Source: Eledone cirrhosa
Taxonomy: Eukaryota
DNA: 64,000 nucleotides
Assembly: GCA_964016885.1 (NCBI GenBank)
Contig: OZ024742.1
Coordinates: 344,224,001 to 344,288,000 of the forward strand
Direction of reading: 5' to 3'
Shown piece after piece: positions 1-15,000 of the stretch. The position numbers and the translations under genes are program-made. Every line of letters starts with the position of its first letter. Positions within the stretch are counted from its first letter, which is position 1. The notes below the pieces were generated by a model. The model did not search any database, was not told the origin of the DNA, and saw only the letters and a list, made by a program, of their open reading frames with translations.

Positions 1-3000
1 GTAATATATAGTTCCTCTTTAAGACTGTAACTATTCCACTGTTATCACATGTTATAGTCATTGTCAGCCATGTCACTGTAATATATAGTTCATCTTTAAG
101 ACTGTAACTATTCCACTGTTGTGACGTGTTATAGTCATTGTCAGCCATGTCACTGTAAAATATAGTTCCTCTTTAAGACTGTAACTATTCCACTGTTGTG
201 ACATGTTATAGTCATTGTCAGCCATGTCACTGCAATATATAGTTCCTCTTTAAGACTGTAACAATTTCACTGTTGTGACATGTTATAGTCATTGACAGCC
301 ATGTCACTGTAATATATAGTTCCTCTTTAAGACTGTAACTATTCCACTGTTGTGACATGTTATAGTCATTGTTAGCCATGTCACTGTAATATATAGTTCC
401 TCTTTAAGACTAACTATTCCACTGTTGTGACATGTTATAGTCATTGTCAGCCATGTCACTGTAATATATAGTTCCTCTTTAAGACTGTAACTATTCCACT
501 GTTGTGACATGTTATAGTCATTGTCAGCCATGTCACTGTAATATATAGTTCCTCTTTAAGACTAACTATTCCACTGTTGTGACATGTTATAATCATTGTC
601 AACCATGTCACTGTAATATATAGTTCCTCTTTAAGACTGTAACTATTTCACTGTTGTGACATGTCAGTCATTGTCAGCCATGTCACTGTATAAGTTCCTC
701 TTTAAGACTAACTATATCACTGTTGTGACATGTTATAGTCATTGTCAGCCATGTCACTGTAATATATAGTTCCTCTTTAAGACTAACTATTTCACTGTTG
801 TGACATGTTATAGTCATTGTCAGCCATGTCACTGTAATATATAGTTCCACTTTAAGACTGTAACTATTCCACTGTTGTCACATGTTATAGTCATTGTCAG
901 CCATGTCACTGTAATATATAGTTCCTCTTTAAGACTAACTATTCCACTGTTGTCACATGTTATAGTCATTGTCAGCCATGTCACTGTAATATATAGTTAC
1001 TCTTTAAGACTGTAACTATTCCACTGTTATCACATGGTATAGTCATTGTCAGCCATGTCACTGTAATATATAGTTCCTCTTTAAGACTAACTATTCCACT
1101 GTTGTGACATGTTATAGTCATTGTCAGCCATGTCACTGTAATATATAGTTCCTCTTTAAGACTGTAACTATTCCACTGTTGTGACATGTTATAGTCATTG
1201 TCAGCCATGTCACTGTAATATATAGTTTCTCTTTAAGACTGTAACTATTCCACTGTTGTCACATGTTATAGTCATTGTCAGCCATGTCACTGTAATATAT
1301 AGTTCCTCTTTAAGACTCTAACTATTCCACTGTTGTGACATGTTATAGTCATTGTCAGCCATGTCACTGCAATATATAGTTCCTCTTTAAGACTGTAACT
1401 ATTCCACTGTTGTGACGTGTTATAGTCATTGTCAGCCATGTCACTGTAATATATAGTTCCTCTTTAAGACTGTAACTATTCCACTGTTGTGACATGTTAT
1501 AGTCATTGTCAGCCATGTCACTGCAATATATAGTTCCTCTTTAAGACTGTAACTATTCCACTGTTGTGACATGTTATAGTCATTGTCAGCCATGTCACTG
1601 TAATATATAGTTTCTCTTTAAGACTGTAACTATTCCACTGTTGTCACGTGTTATAGTCATTGTCAGCCATGTCACTGTAATATATAGTTCCTCTTTAAAA
1701 CTGTAACTATTCCACTGTTGTGACATGTTATATTCATTGTCAGCCATGTCACTGTAATATATAGTTCCTCTTTAAGACTGTAACTAATCCACTGTTGTGA
1801 CATGTTATAGTCATTGTCAGCCATGTCACTGTAATATATAGTTCCTCTTTAAGACTGTAACTATTCCACTGTTGTCACATGTTATAGTCATTGTCAGCCA
1901 TGTCACTGTAATATATATAGTTCCTCTTTAAGACTGTAACTATTCCACTGTTGTGACATGTTATAGTCATTGTCAGCCATGTCACTGTAATATATAGTTC
2001 CTCTTAAAGACTAACTATTCCACTGTTGTGACATGTTATAGTCATTGTCAGCCATGTCACTGTAATATATAGTTCCTCTTTAAGACTGTAACTATTCCAC
2101 TGTTATCACATGGTATAGTCATTGTCAGCCATGTCACTGTAATATATAGTTCCTCTTTAAGACTAACTATATCACTGTTGTGACATGTTATAGTCATTGT
2201 CAGCCATGTCACTGTAATATATAGTTCCTCTTTAAGACTGTAACTATTCCACTGTTGTGACATGTTATAGTCATTGTCAGCCATGTCACTGCAATATATA
2301 GTTCCTCTTTAAGACTAACTATTCCACTGTTGTCACATGTTATAGTCATTTGTCAGCCATGTCACTGTAATATATAGTTCCTCTTTAAGACTAACTATTC
2401 CACTGTTGTCACATGTTATAGTCATTGTCAGCCATGTCACTGTAATATATAGTTCATCTTTAAGACTAACTATATCACTGTTGTGACATGTTATAGTCAT
2501 TGTCAGCCATGTCACTGTAATATATAGTTCCTCTTTAAGACTGTAACTATTCCACTGTTGTCACAAGTTATAGTCATTGTCAGCCATGTCACTGTAATAT
2601 ATAGTTGTTCTTTAAGACTGTAACTATTCCACTGTTGTGACATGTTATAGTCATTATCAGCCATGTCACTGTAATATATAGTTCCTCTTTAAGACTGTAA
2701 CTATTCCACTGTTGTCACAAGTTATAGTCATTGTCAGCCATGTCACTGTAATATATAGTTCCTCTTTAAGACTATAACTATTCCACTGTTGTCACATGTT
2801 ATAGTCATTGTCAGCCATGTCACTGTAATATATAGTTCCTCTTTAAGACTAACTATTCCACTGTTGTGACATGTTATAGTCATTGTCAGCCATGTCACTG
2901 TAATATATAGTTCCTCTTTAAGTCTGTAACTATTCCACTGTTATCACATGTTATAGTCATTGTCAGCCATGTCACTGTAATATATAGTTCCTCTTTAAGA

Positions 3001-6000
3001 CTCTAACTATTCCACTGTTGTGACATGTTATAGTCATTGTCAGCCATGTCACTGCAATATATAGTTCCTCTTTAAGACTGTAACAATTTCACTGTTGTGA
3101 CATGTTATAGTCATTGTTAGCCATGTCACTGTAATATATAGTTCCTCTTTAAGACTAACTATTCCACTGTTGTGACATGTTATAGTCATTGTGAACCATG
3201 TCACTGTAATATATAGTTCCTCTTTAAGACTAACTATTCCACTGTTGTCACATGTTATAGTCATTGTCAGCCATGTCACTGTATAAGTTCCTCTTTAAGA
3301 CTAACTATATCACTGTTGTGACATGTTATAGTCATTGTCAGCCATGTCACTGTAATATATAGTTCCTCTTTAAGACGAACTATTTCACTGTTGTGACATG
3401 TTATAGTCATTGTCAGCCATGTCACTGTAATATATAGTTCCTCTTTAAGACTGTAACTATTCCACTGTTGTCACATGTTATAGTTATTGTCAGCCATGTC
3501 ACTGTAATATATATTTCCTCTTTAAGACTAACTATTCCACTGTTGTCACATGTTATAGTCATTGTCAGCCATGTCACTGTAATATATAGTTCCTCTTTAT
3601 GACTGTAACTATTCCACTGTTATCACATGTTATAGTCATTGTCAGCCATGTCACTGTAATATATAGTTCCTCTTTAAGACTAACTATTCCACTGTTGTGA
3701 CATGTTATAGTCATTGTCAGCCATGTCACTGTAATATATAGTTCCTCTTTAAGACTGTAACTATTCCACTGTTGTAACATGTTATTGTCATTGTCAGCCA
3801 TGTCACTGTAATATATAGTTCCTCTTTAAGACTGTAACTATTCCACTGTTGTCACATGTTATAGTCATTGTCAGCCATGTCACTGTAATATATAGTTCCT
3901 CTTTAAGACTCTAACTATTCCACTGTTGTGACATGTTATAGTCATTGTCAGCCATGTCACTGTAATATATAGTTCCTCTTTAATATTGTAACTATTCCAC
4001 TGTTGTGACATGTTATAGTCATTGTCAGCCATGTCACTGTAATATATAGTTCCTCTTTAAGACTGTAACTATTCCTCTGTTGTGACGTGTTATAGTCATT
4101 GTCAGCCATCTCACTGTAATATATAGTTCCTCTTTAAGACTGTAACAATTTCACTGTTGTGACATTGTTATTGTCATTGTCAGCCATGTCACTGTAATAT
4201 ATAGTTCCTCTTTAAGACTAACTATTTCACTGTTGTGACACGTTATAGTCATTGTCAGCCATGTCACTGTAATATATAGTTCCTCTTTAAGACTGTAACT
4301 ATTCCACTGTTGTAACATGTTATAGTCATTGTCAGCCATGTCACTGTAATATATAGTTCCTCTTTAAGACTGTAACTATTCCACTGTTGTCACATGTTAT
4401 AGTCATTGTCAGCCATGTCACTGTAATATATAGTTCCTCTTTAAGACTGTAACTATTCCACTGTTGTCACAAGTTGTAGTCATTGTCAGCCATGTCACTG
4501 TAATATATAGTTCCTCTTTAAGACTGTAATTATTCCACTGTTGTGACATGCTATAGTCATTGTCAGCCATGTCACTGTAAAATATATTTCCTCTTTAAGA
4601 CTAACTATTCCACTGTTGTCACATGTTATAGTCATTGTCAGCCATGTCACTGTAATATATAGTTCCTCTTTAAGACTAACTATTCCACTGTTGTGACATG
4701 TTATAGTCATTGTCAGCCATGTAACTGTAATATATAGTTCATCTTTAAGACTGTAACTATTCCACTGTTGTGACATGTTATAGTCATTGTCAGCCATGTC
4801 ACTGTAATATATAGTTCCTCTTTAAGACGGTAACTATTCCACTGTTGTCACATGTTATACTCATTGTCAGCCATGTCACTGTAATATATAGTTCCTCTTT
4901 AAGACTGTAACTATTCCACTGTTGTGACATGTTATAGTCATTGTCGGCCATGTCACTGTAATATATAGTTCCTCTTTAAGACTGTAACTATTCCACTGTT
5001 GTAACATGTTATAATCATTGTCAGCCATGTCACTGTAATATATAGTTCCTCTTTAAGACTAACTATTCCACTGTTGTGACATGTTATAGTCATTGTCAGC
5101 CATGTCACTGTAATATATATAGTTCCTCTTTAAGACTGTAACTATTCCACTGTTGTGACATGTTATAGTCATTGTCAGCCATGTCACTGTAATATATAGT
5201 TCCTCTTAAAGACTAACTATTCCACTGTTGTGACATGTTATAGTCATTGTCAGCCATGTCACTGTAATATATAGTTCCTCTTTAAGACTGTAACTATTCC
5301 ACTGTTATCACATGGTATAGTCATTGTCAGCCATGTCACTGTAATATATAGTTCCTCTTTAAGACTAACTATATCACTGTTGTGACATGTTATAGTCATT
5401 GTCAGCCATGTCACTGTAATATATAGTTCCTCTTTAAGACTGTAACTATTCCACTGTTGTGACATGTTATAGTCATTGTCAGCCATGTCACTGCAATATA
5501 TAGTTCCTCTTTAAGACTAACTATTCCACTGTTGTCACATGTTATAGTCATTTGTCAGCCATGTCACTGTAATATATAGTTCCTCTTTAAGACTAACTAT
5601 TCCACTGTTGTCACATGTTATAGTCATTGTCAGCCATGTCACTGTAATATATAGTTCATCTTTAAGACTAACTATATCACTGTTGTGACATGTTATAGTC
5701 ATTGTCAGCCATGTCACTGTAATATATAGTTCCTCTTTAAGACTGTAACTATTCCACTGTTGTCACAAGTTATAGTCATTGTCAGCCATGTCACTGTAAT
5801 ATATAGTTGTTCTTTAAGACTGTAACTATTCCACTGTTGTGACATGTTATAGTCATTATCAGCCATGTCACTGTAATATATAGTTCCTCTTTAAGACTGT
5901 AACTATTCCACTGTTGTCACAAGTTATAGTCATTGTCAGCCATGTCACTGTAATATATAGTTCCTCTTTAAGACTATAACTATTCCACTGTTGTCACATG

Positions 6001-9000
6001 TTATAGTCATTGTCAGCCATGTCACTGTAATATATAGTTCCTCTTTAAGACTAACTATTCCACTGTTGTGACATGTTATAGTCATTGTCAGCCATGTCAC
6101 TGTAATATATAGTTCCTCTTTAAGTCTGTAACTATTCCACTGTTATCACATGTTATAGTCATTGTCAGCCATGTCACTGTAATATATAGTTCCTCTTTAA
6201 GACTCTAACTATTCCACTGTTGTGACATGTTATAGTCATTGTCAGCCATGTCACTGTAATATATAGTTCCTCTTCAAGACTAACTATTCCACTGTTGTCA
6301 CATGTTATAGTCATTGTCAGCCATGTCACTGTAATATATAGTTCCTCTTTAAGACTGTAACTTTTCCACTGTTGTGACATGTTATAGTCATTGTCAGCCA
6401 TGTCACTGTAATATATAGTTCCTCTTTAAGACTGTAACTATTCCACTGTTGTCATATGTTATAGTCATTGTCAGCCATGTCACTGTAATATATAGTTCCT
6501 CTTTAAGACTCTAACTATTCCACTGTTGTGACATGTTATAGTCATTGTCAGCCATGTCACTGCAATATATAGTTCCTCTTTAAGACTGTAACAATTTCAC
6601 TGTTGTGACATGTTATAGTCATTGTTAGCCATGTCACTGTAATATATAGTTCCTCTTTAAGACTAACTATTCCACTGTTGTGACATGTTATAGTCATTGT
6701 GAACCATGTCACTGTAATATATAGTTCCTCTTTAAGACTAACTATTCCACTGTTGTCACATGTTATAGTCATTGTCAGCCATGTCACTGTATAAGTTCCT
6801 CTTTAAGACTAACTATATCACTGTTGTGACATGTTATAGTCATTGTCAGCCATGTCACTGTAATATATAGTTCCTCTTTAAGACGAACTATTTCACTGTT
6901 GTGACATGTTATAGTCATTGTCAGCCATGTCACTGTAATATATAGTTCCTCTTTAAGACTGTAACTATTCCACTGTTGTCACATGTTATAGTTATTGTCA
7001 GCCATGTCACTGTAATATATATTTCCTCTTTAAGACTAACTATTCCACTGTTGTCACATGTTATAGTCATTGTCAGCCATGTCACTGTAATATATAGTTC
7101 CTCTTTATGACTGTAACTATTCCACTGTTATCACATGTTATAGTCATTGTCAGCCATGTCACTGTAATATATAGTTCCTCTTTAAGACTAACTATTCCAC
7201 TGTTGTGACATGTTATAGTCATTGTCAGCCATGTCACTGTAATATATAGTTCCTCTTTAAGACTGTAACTATTCCACTGTTGTAACATGTTATTGTCATT
7301 GTCAGCCATGTCACTGTAATATATAGTTCCTCTTTAAGACTGTAACTATTCCACTGTTGTCACATGTTATAGTCATTGTCAGCCATGTCACTGTAATATA
7401 TAGTTCCTCTTTAAGACTCTAACTATTCCACTGTTGTGACATGTTATAGTCATTGTCAGCCATGTCACTGTAATATATAGTTCCTCTTTAATATTGTAAC
7501 TATTCCACTGTTGTGACATGTTATAGTCATTGTCAGCCATGTCACTGTAATATATAGTTCCTCTTTAAGACTGTAACTATTCCTCTGTTGTGACGTGTTA
7601 TAGTCATTGTCAGCCATCTCACTGTAATATATAGTTCCTCTTTAAGACTGTAACAATTTCACTGTTGTGACATTGTTATTGTCATTGTCAGCCATGTCAC
7701 TGTAATATATAGTTCCTCTTTAAGACTAACTATTTCACTGTTGTGACACGTTATAGTCATTGTCAGCCATGTCACTGTAATATATAGTTCCTCTTTAAGA
7801 CTGTAACTATTCCACTGTTGTAACATGTTATAGTCATTGTCAGCCATGTCACTGTAATATATAGTTCCTCTTTAAGACTGTAACTATTCCACTGTTGTCA
7901 CATGTTATAGTCATTGTCAGCCATGTCACTGTAATATATAGTTCCTCTTTAAGACTGTAACTATTCCACTGTTGTCACAAGTTGTAGTCATTGTCAGCCA
8001 TGTCACTGTAATATATAGTTCCTCTTTAAGACTGTAATTATTCCACTGTTGTGACATGTTATAGTCATTGTCAGCCATGTCACTGTAAAATATATTTCCT
8101 CTTTAAGACTAACTATTCCACTGTTGTCACATGTTATAGTCATTGTCAGCCATGTCACTGTAATATATAGTTCCTCTTTAAGACTAACTATTCCACTGTT
8201 GTGACATGTTATAGTCATTGTCAGCCATGTAACTGTAATATATAGTTCATCTTTAAGACTGTAACTATTCCACTGTTGTGACATGTTATAGTCATTGTCA
8301 GCCATGTCACTGTAATATATAGTTCCTCTTTAAGACGGTAACTATTCCACTGTTGTCACATGTTATACTCATTGTCAGCCATGTCACTGTAATATATAGT
8401 TCCTCTTTAAGACTGTAACTATTCCACTGTTGTGACATGTTATAGTCATTGTCGGCCATGTCACTGTAATATATAGTTCCTCTTTAAGACTGTAACTATT
8501 CCACTGTTGTAACATGTTATAATCATTGTCAGCCATGTCACTGTAATATATAGTTCCTCTTTAAGACTAACTATTCCACTGTTGTGACATGTTATAGTCA
8601 TTGTCAGCCATGTCACTGTAATATATAGTTCCTCTTTAAGACTGTAACAATTTCACTGTTGTGACATGTTATAGTCATTGCTAGCCATGTCACTGTAATA
8701 TATAGTTCCTCTTTAAGACTGTAACTATTCCACTGTTGTGACATGTTATAGTCATTGTTAGCCATGTCACTGTAATATATAGTTCCTCTTTAAGACTAAC
8801 TATTCCACTGTTGTGACATGTTATAGTCATTGTCAGCCATGTCACTGTAATATATAGTTCCTCTTTAAGACTGTAACTATTCCACTGTTGTGACATGTTA
8901 TAGTCATTGTCAGCCATGTCACTGTAATATATAGTTCCTCTTTAAGACTAACTATTCCACTGTTGTGACATGTTATAATCATTGTCAGCCATGTCACTGT

Positions 9001-12000
9001 AATATATAGTTCCTCTTTAAGACTAACTATTCCACTGTTGTCACATGTTATAGTCATTGTCAGCCATGTCACTGTATAAGTTCCTCTTTAAGACTAACTA
9101 TATCACTGTTGAGACATCTTATAGTCATTGTCAGCCATGTCATTGTAATATATAGTTCCTCTTTAAGACTAACTATTTCACTGTTGTGACATGTTATAGT
9201 CATTGTCAGCCATGTCACTGTAATATATAGTTCCTCTTTAAGACTGTAACTATTTCACTGTTGTCACATGTTATAGTCATTGTCAGCCATGTCACTGTAA
9301 TATATAGTTCCTCTTTAAGACTAACTATTCCACTGTTGTGACATGTTATAGTCATTGTCAGCCATGTCACTGTAATATATAGTTCCTCTTTAAGTCTGTA
9401 ACTATTCCACTGTTATCACATGTTATAGTCATTGTCAGCCATGTCACTGTAATATATAGTTCCTCTTCAAGACTAACTATTACACTGTTGTCACATGTTA
9501 TAGTCATTGTCAGCCATGTCACTGTAATATATAGTTCCTCTTTAAGACTGTAACTTTTCCACTGTTGTGACATGTTATAGTCATTGTCAGCCATGTCACT
9601 GTAATATATAGTTCCTCTTTAAGACTGTAACTATTCCACTGTTGTCATATGTTATTGTCATTGTCAGCCATGTCACTGTAATATATAGTTCCTCTTTAAG
9701 ACTAACTATTCCACTGTTGTGACATGTTATAGTCATTGTCAACCATGTCACTGTAATATATAGTTCCTCTTTAAGACTAACTATTCCACTGTTGTCACAT
9801 GTTATAGTCATTGTCAGCCATGTCACTGTATAAGTTCCTCTTTAAGACTAACTATATCACTGTTGTGACATGTTATAGTCATTGTCAGCCATGTCACTGT
9901 AATATATAGTTCCTCTTTAAGACTAACTATTTCACTGTTGTGACATGTTATAGTCATTGTCAGCCATGTCACTGTAATATATAGTTCCTCTTTAAGACTG
10001 TAACTATTCCACTGTTGTCACATGTTATAGTTATTGTCAGGCATGTCACTGTAATATATATTTCCTCTTTAAGACTAACTATTCCACTGTTGTCACATGT
10101 TATAGTCATTGTCAGCCATGTCACTGTAATATATAGTTCCTCTTTATGACTGTAACTATTCCACTGTTATCACATGTTATAGTCATTGTCAGCCATGTCA
10201 CTGTAATATATAGTTCCTCTTTAAGACTAACTATTCCACTGTTGTGACATGTTATAGTCATTGTCAGCCATGTCACTGTAATATATAGTTCCTCTTTAAG
10301 ACTGTAACTATTCCACTGTTGTAACATGTTATTGTCATTGTCAGCCATGTCACTGTAATATATAGTTCCTCTTTAAGACTGTAACTATTCCACTGTTGTC
10401 ACATGTTATAGTCATTGTCAGCCATGTCACTGTAATATATAGTTCCTCTTTAAGACTCTAACTATTCCACTGTTGTGACATGTTATAGTCATTGTCAGCC
10501 ATGTCACTGTAATATATAGTTCCTCTTTAATATTGTAACTATTCCACTGTTGTGACATGTTATAGTCATTGTCAGCCATGTCACTGTAATATATAGTTCC
10601 TCTTTAAGACTGTAACTATTCCTCTGTTGTGACGTGTTATAGTCATTGTCAGCCATGTCACTGTAATATATAGTTCCTCTTTAAGACTGTAACAATTTCA
10701 CTGTTGTGACATTGTTATTGTCATTGTCAGCCATGTCACTGTAATATATAGTTCCTCTTTAAGACTAACTATTTCACTGTTGTGACACGTTATAGTCATT
10801 GTCAGCCATGTCACTGTAATATATAGTTCCTCTTTAAGACTGTAACTATTCCACTGTTGTAACATGTTATAGTCATTGTCAGCCATGTCACTGTAATATA
10901 TAGTTCCTCTTTAAGACTGTAACTATTCCACTGTTGTCACATGTTATAGTCATTGTCAGCCATGTCACTGTAATATATAGTTCCTCTTTAAGACTGTAAC
11001 TATTCCACTGTTGTCACAAGTTGTAGTCATTGTCAGCCATGTCACTATAATATATAGTTCCTCTTTAAGACTGTAACTATTCCACTGTTGTGACATGTTA
11101 TAGTCATTGTCAGCCATGTCACTGTAATATATAGTTCCTCTTTAAGACTAACTATTCCACTGTTGTCACATGTTATAGTCATTGTCGGCCATGTCACTGT
11201 AATATATAGTTGTTCTTTAAGACTGTAACTATTCCACTGTTGTGACATGTTATAGTCATTATCAGCCATGTCACTGTAATATATAGTTCCTCTTTAAGAC
11301 TGTAACTATTCCACTGTTGTCACAAGTTATAGTCATTGTCAGCCATGTCACTGTAATATATAGTTCCTCTTTAAGACTATAACTATTCCACTGTTGTCAC
11401 ATGTTATAGTCATTGTCAGCCATGTCACTGTAATATATAGTTCCTCTTTAAGACTAACTATTCCACTGTTGTGACATGTTATAGTCATTGTCAGCCATGT
11501 CACTGTAATATATAGTTCCTCTTTAAGTCTGTAACTATTCCACTGTTATCACATGTTATAGTCATTGTCAGCCATGTCACTGTAATATATAGTTCCTCTT
11601 TAAGACTCTAACTATTCCACTGTTGTGACATGTTATAGTCATTGTCAGCCATGTCACTGTAATATATATTTCCTCTTCAAGACTAACTATTCCACTGTTG
11701 TCACATGTTATAGTCATTGTCAGCCATGTCACTGTAATATATAGTTCCTCTTTAAGACTGTAACTTTTCCACTGTTGTGACATGTTATAGTCATTGTCAG
11801 CCATGTCACTGTAATATATAGTTCCTCTTTAAGACTGTAACTATTCCACTGTTGTCATATGTTATAGTCATTGTCAGCCATGTCACTGTAATATATAGTT
11901 CCTCTTTAAGACTCTAACTATTCCACTGTTGTGACATGTTATAGTCATTGTCAGCCATGTCACTGCAATATATAGTTCCTCTTTAAGACTGTAACAATTT

Positions 12001-15000
12001 CACTGTTGTGACATGTTATAGTCATTGTTAGCCATGTCACTGTAATATATAGTTCCTCTTTAAGACTAACTATTCCACTGTTGTGACATGTTATAGTCAT
12101 TGTGAACCATGTCACTGTAATATATAGTTCCTCTTTAAGACTAACTATTCCACTGTTGTCACATGTTATAGTCATTGTCAGCCATGTCACTGTATAAGTT
12201 CCTCTTTAAGACTAACTATATCACTGTTGTGACATGTTATAGTCATTGTCAGCCATGTCACTGTAATATATAGTTCCTCTTTAAGACGAACTATTTCACT
12301 GTTGTGACATGTTATAGTCATTGTCAGCCATGTCACTGTAATATATAGTTCCTCTTTAAGACTGTAACTATTCCACTGTTGTCACATGTTATAGTTATTG
12401 TCAGCCATGTCACTGTAATATATATTTCCTCTTTAAGACTAACTATTCCACTGTTGTCACATGTTATAGTCATTGTCAGCCATGTCACTGTAATATATAG
12501 TTCCTCTTTATGACTGTAACTATTCCACTGTTATCACATGTTATAGTCATTGTCAGCCATGTCACTGTAATATATAGTTCCTCTTTAAGACTAACTATTC
12601 CACTGTTGTGACATGTTATAGTCATTGTCAGCCATGTCACTGTAATATATAGTTCCTCTTTAAGACTGTAACTATTCCACTGTTGTAACATGTTATTGTC
12701 ATTGTCAGCCATGTCACTGTAATATATAGTTCCTCTTTAAGACTGTAACTATTCCACTGTTGTCACATGTTATAGTCATTGTCAGCCATGTCACTGTAAT
12801 ATATAGTTCCTCTTTAAGACTCTAACTATTCCACTGTTGTGACATGTTATAGTCATTGTCAGCCATGTCACTGTAATATATAGTTCCTCTTTAATATTGT
12901 AACTATTCCACTGTTGTGACATGTTATAGTCATTGTCAGCCATGTCACTGTAATATATAGTTCCTCTTTAAGACTGTAACTATTCCTCTGTTGTGACGTG
13001 TTATAGTCATTGTCAGCCATGTCACTGTAATATATAGTTCCTCTTTAAGACTGTAACAATTTCACTGTTGTGACATTGTTATTGTCATTGTCAGCCATGT
13101 CACTGTAATATATAGTTCCTCTTTAAGACTAACTATTTCACTGTTGTGACACGTTATAGTCATTGTCAGCCATGTCACTGTAATATATAGTTCCTCTTTA
13201 AGACTGTAACTATTCCACTGTTGTAACATGTTATAGTCATTGTCAGCCATGTCACTGTAATATATAGTTCCTCTTTAAGACTGTAACTATTCCACTGTTG
13301 TCACATGTTATAGTCATTGTCAGCCATGTCACTGTAATATATAGTTCCTCTTTAAGACTGTAACTATTCCACTGTTGTCACAAGTTGTAGTCATTGTCAG
13401 CCATGTCACTGTAATATATAGTTCCTCTTTAAGACTGTAATTATTCCACTGTTGTGACATGTTATAGTCATTGTCAGCCATGTCACTGTAAAATATATTT
13501 CCTCTTTAAGACTAACTATTCCACTGTTGTCACATGTTATAGTCATTGTCAGCCATGTCACTGTAATATATAGTTCCTCTTTAAGACTAACTATTCCACT
13601 GTTGTGACATGTTATAGTCATTGTCAGCCATGTAACTGTAATATATAGTTCATCTTTAAGACTGTAACTATTCCACTGTTGTGACATGTTATAGTCATTG
13701 TCAGCCATGTCACTGTAATATATAGTTCCTCTTTAAGACGGTAACTATTCCACTGTTGTCACATGTTATACTCATTGTCAGCCATGTCACTGTAATATAT
13801 AGTTCCTCTTTAAGACTGTAACTATTCCACTGTTGTGACATGTTATAGTCATTGTCGGCCATGTCACTGTAATATATAGTTCCTCTTTAAGACTGTAACT
13901 ATTCCACTGTTGTAACATGTTATAATCATTGTCAGCCATGTCACTGTAATATATAGTTCCTCTTTAAGACTAACTATTCCACTGTTGTGACATGTTATAG
14001 TCATTGTCAGCCATGTCACTGTAATATATAGTTCCTCTTTAAGACTGTAACAATTTCACTGTTGTGACATGTTATAGTCATTGCTAGCCATGTCACTGTA
14101 ATATATAGTTCCTCTTTAAGACTGTAACTATTCCACTGTTGTGACATGTTATAGTCATTGTTAGCCATGTCACTGTAATATATAGTTCCTCTTTAAGACT
14201 AACTATTCCACTGTTGTGACATGTTATAGTCATTGTCAGCCATGTCACTGTAATATATAGTTCCTCTTTAAGACTGTAACTATTCCACTGTTGTGACATG
14301 TTATAGTCATTGTCAGCCATGTCACTGTAATATATAGTTCCTCTTTAAGACTAACTATTCCACTGTTGTGACATGTTATAATCATTGTCAGCCATGTCAC
14401 TGTAATATATAGTTCCTCTTTAAGACTAACTATTCCACTGTTGTCACATGTTATAGTCATTGTCAGCCATGTCACTGTATAAGTTCCTCTTTAAGACTAA
14501 CTATATCACTGTTGAGACATCTTATAGTCATTGTCAGCCATGTCATTGTAATATATAGTTCCTCTTTAAGACTAACTATTTCACTGTTGTGACATGTTAT
14601 AGTCATTGTCAGCCATGTCACTGTAATATATAGTTCCTCTTTAAGACTGTAACTATTTCACTGTTGTCACATGTTATAGTCATTGTCAGCCATGTCACTG
14701 TAATATATAGTTCCTCTTTAAGACTAACTATTCCACTGTTGTGACATGTTATAGTCATTGTCAGCCATGTCACTGTAATATATAGTTCCTCTTTAAGTCT
14801 GTAACTATTCCACTGTTATCACATGTTATAGTCATTGTCAGCCATGTCACTGTAATATATAGTTCCTCTTCAAGACTAACTATTACACTGTTGTCACATG
14901 TTATAGTCATTGTCAGCCATGTCACTGTAATATATAGTTCCTCTTTAAGACTGTAACTTTTCCACTGTTGTGACATGTTATAGTCATTGTCAGCCATGTC

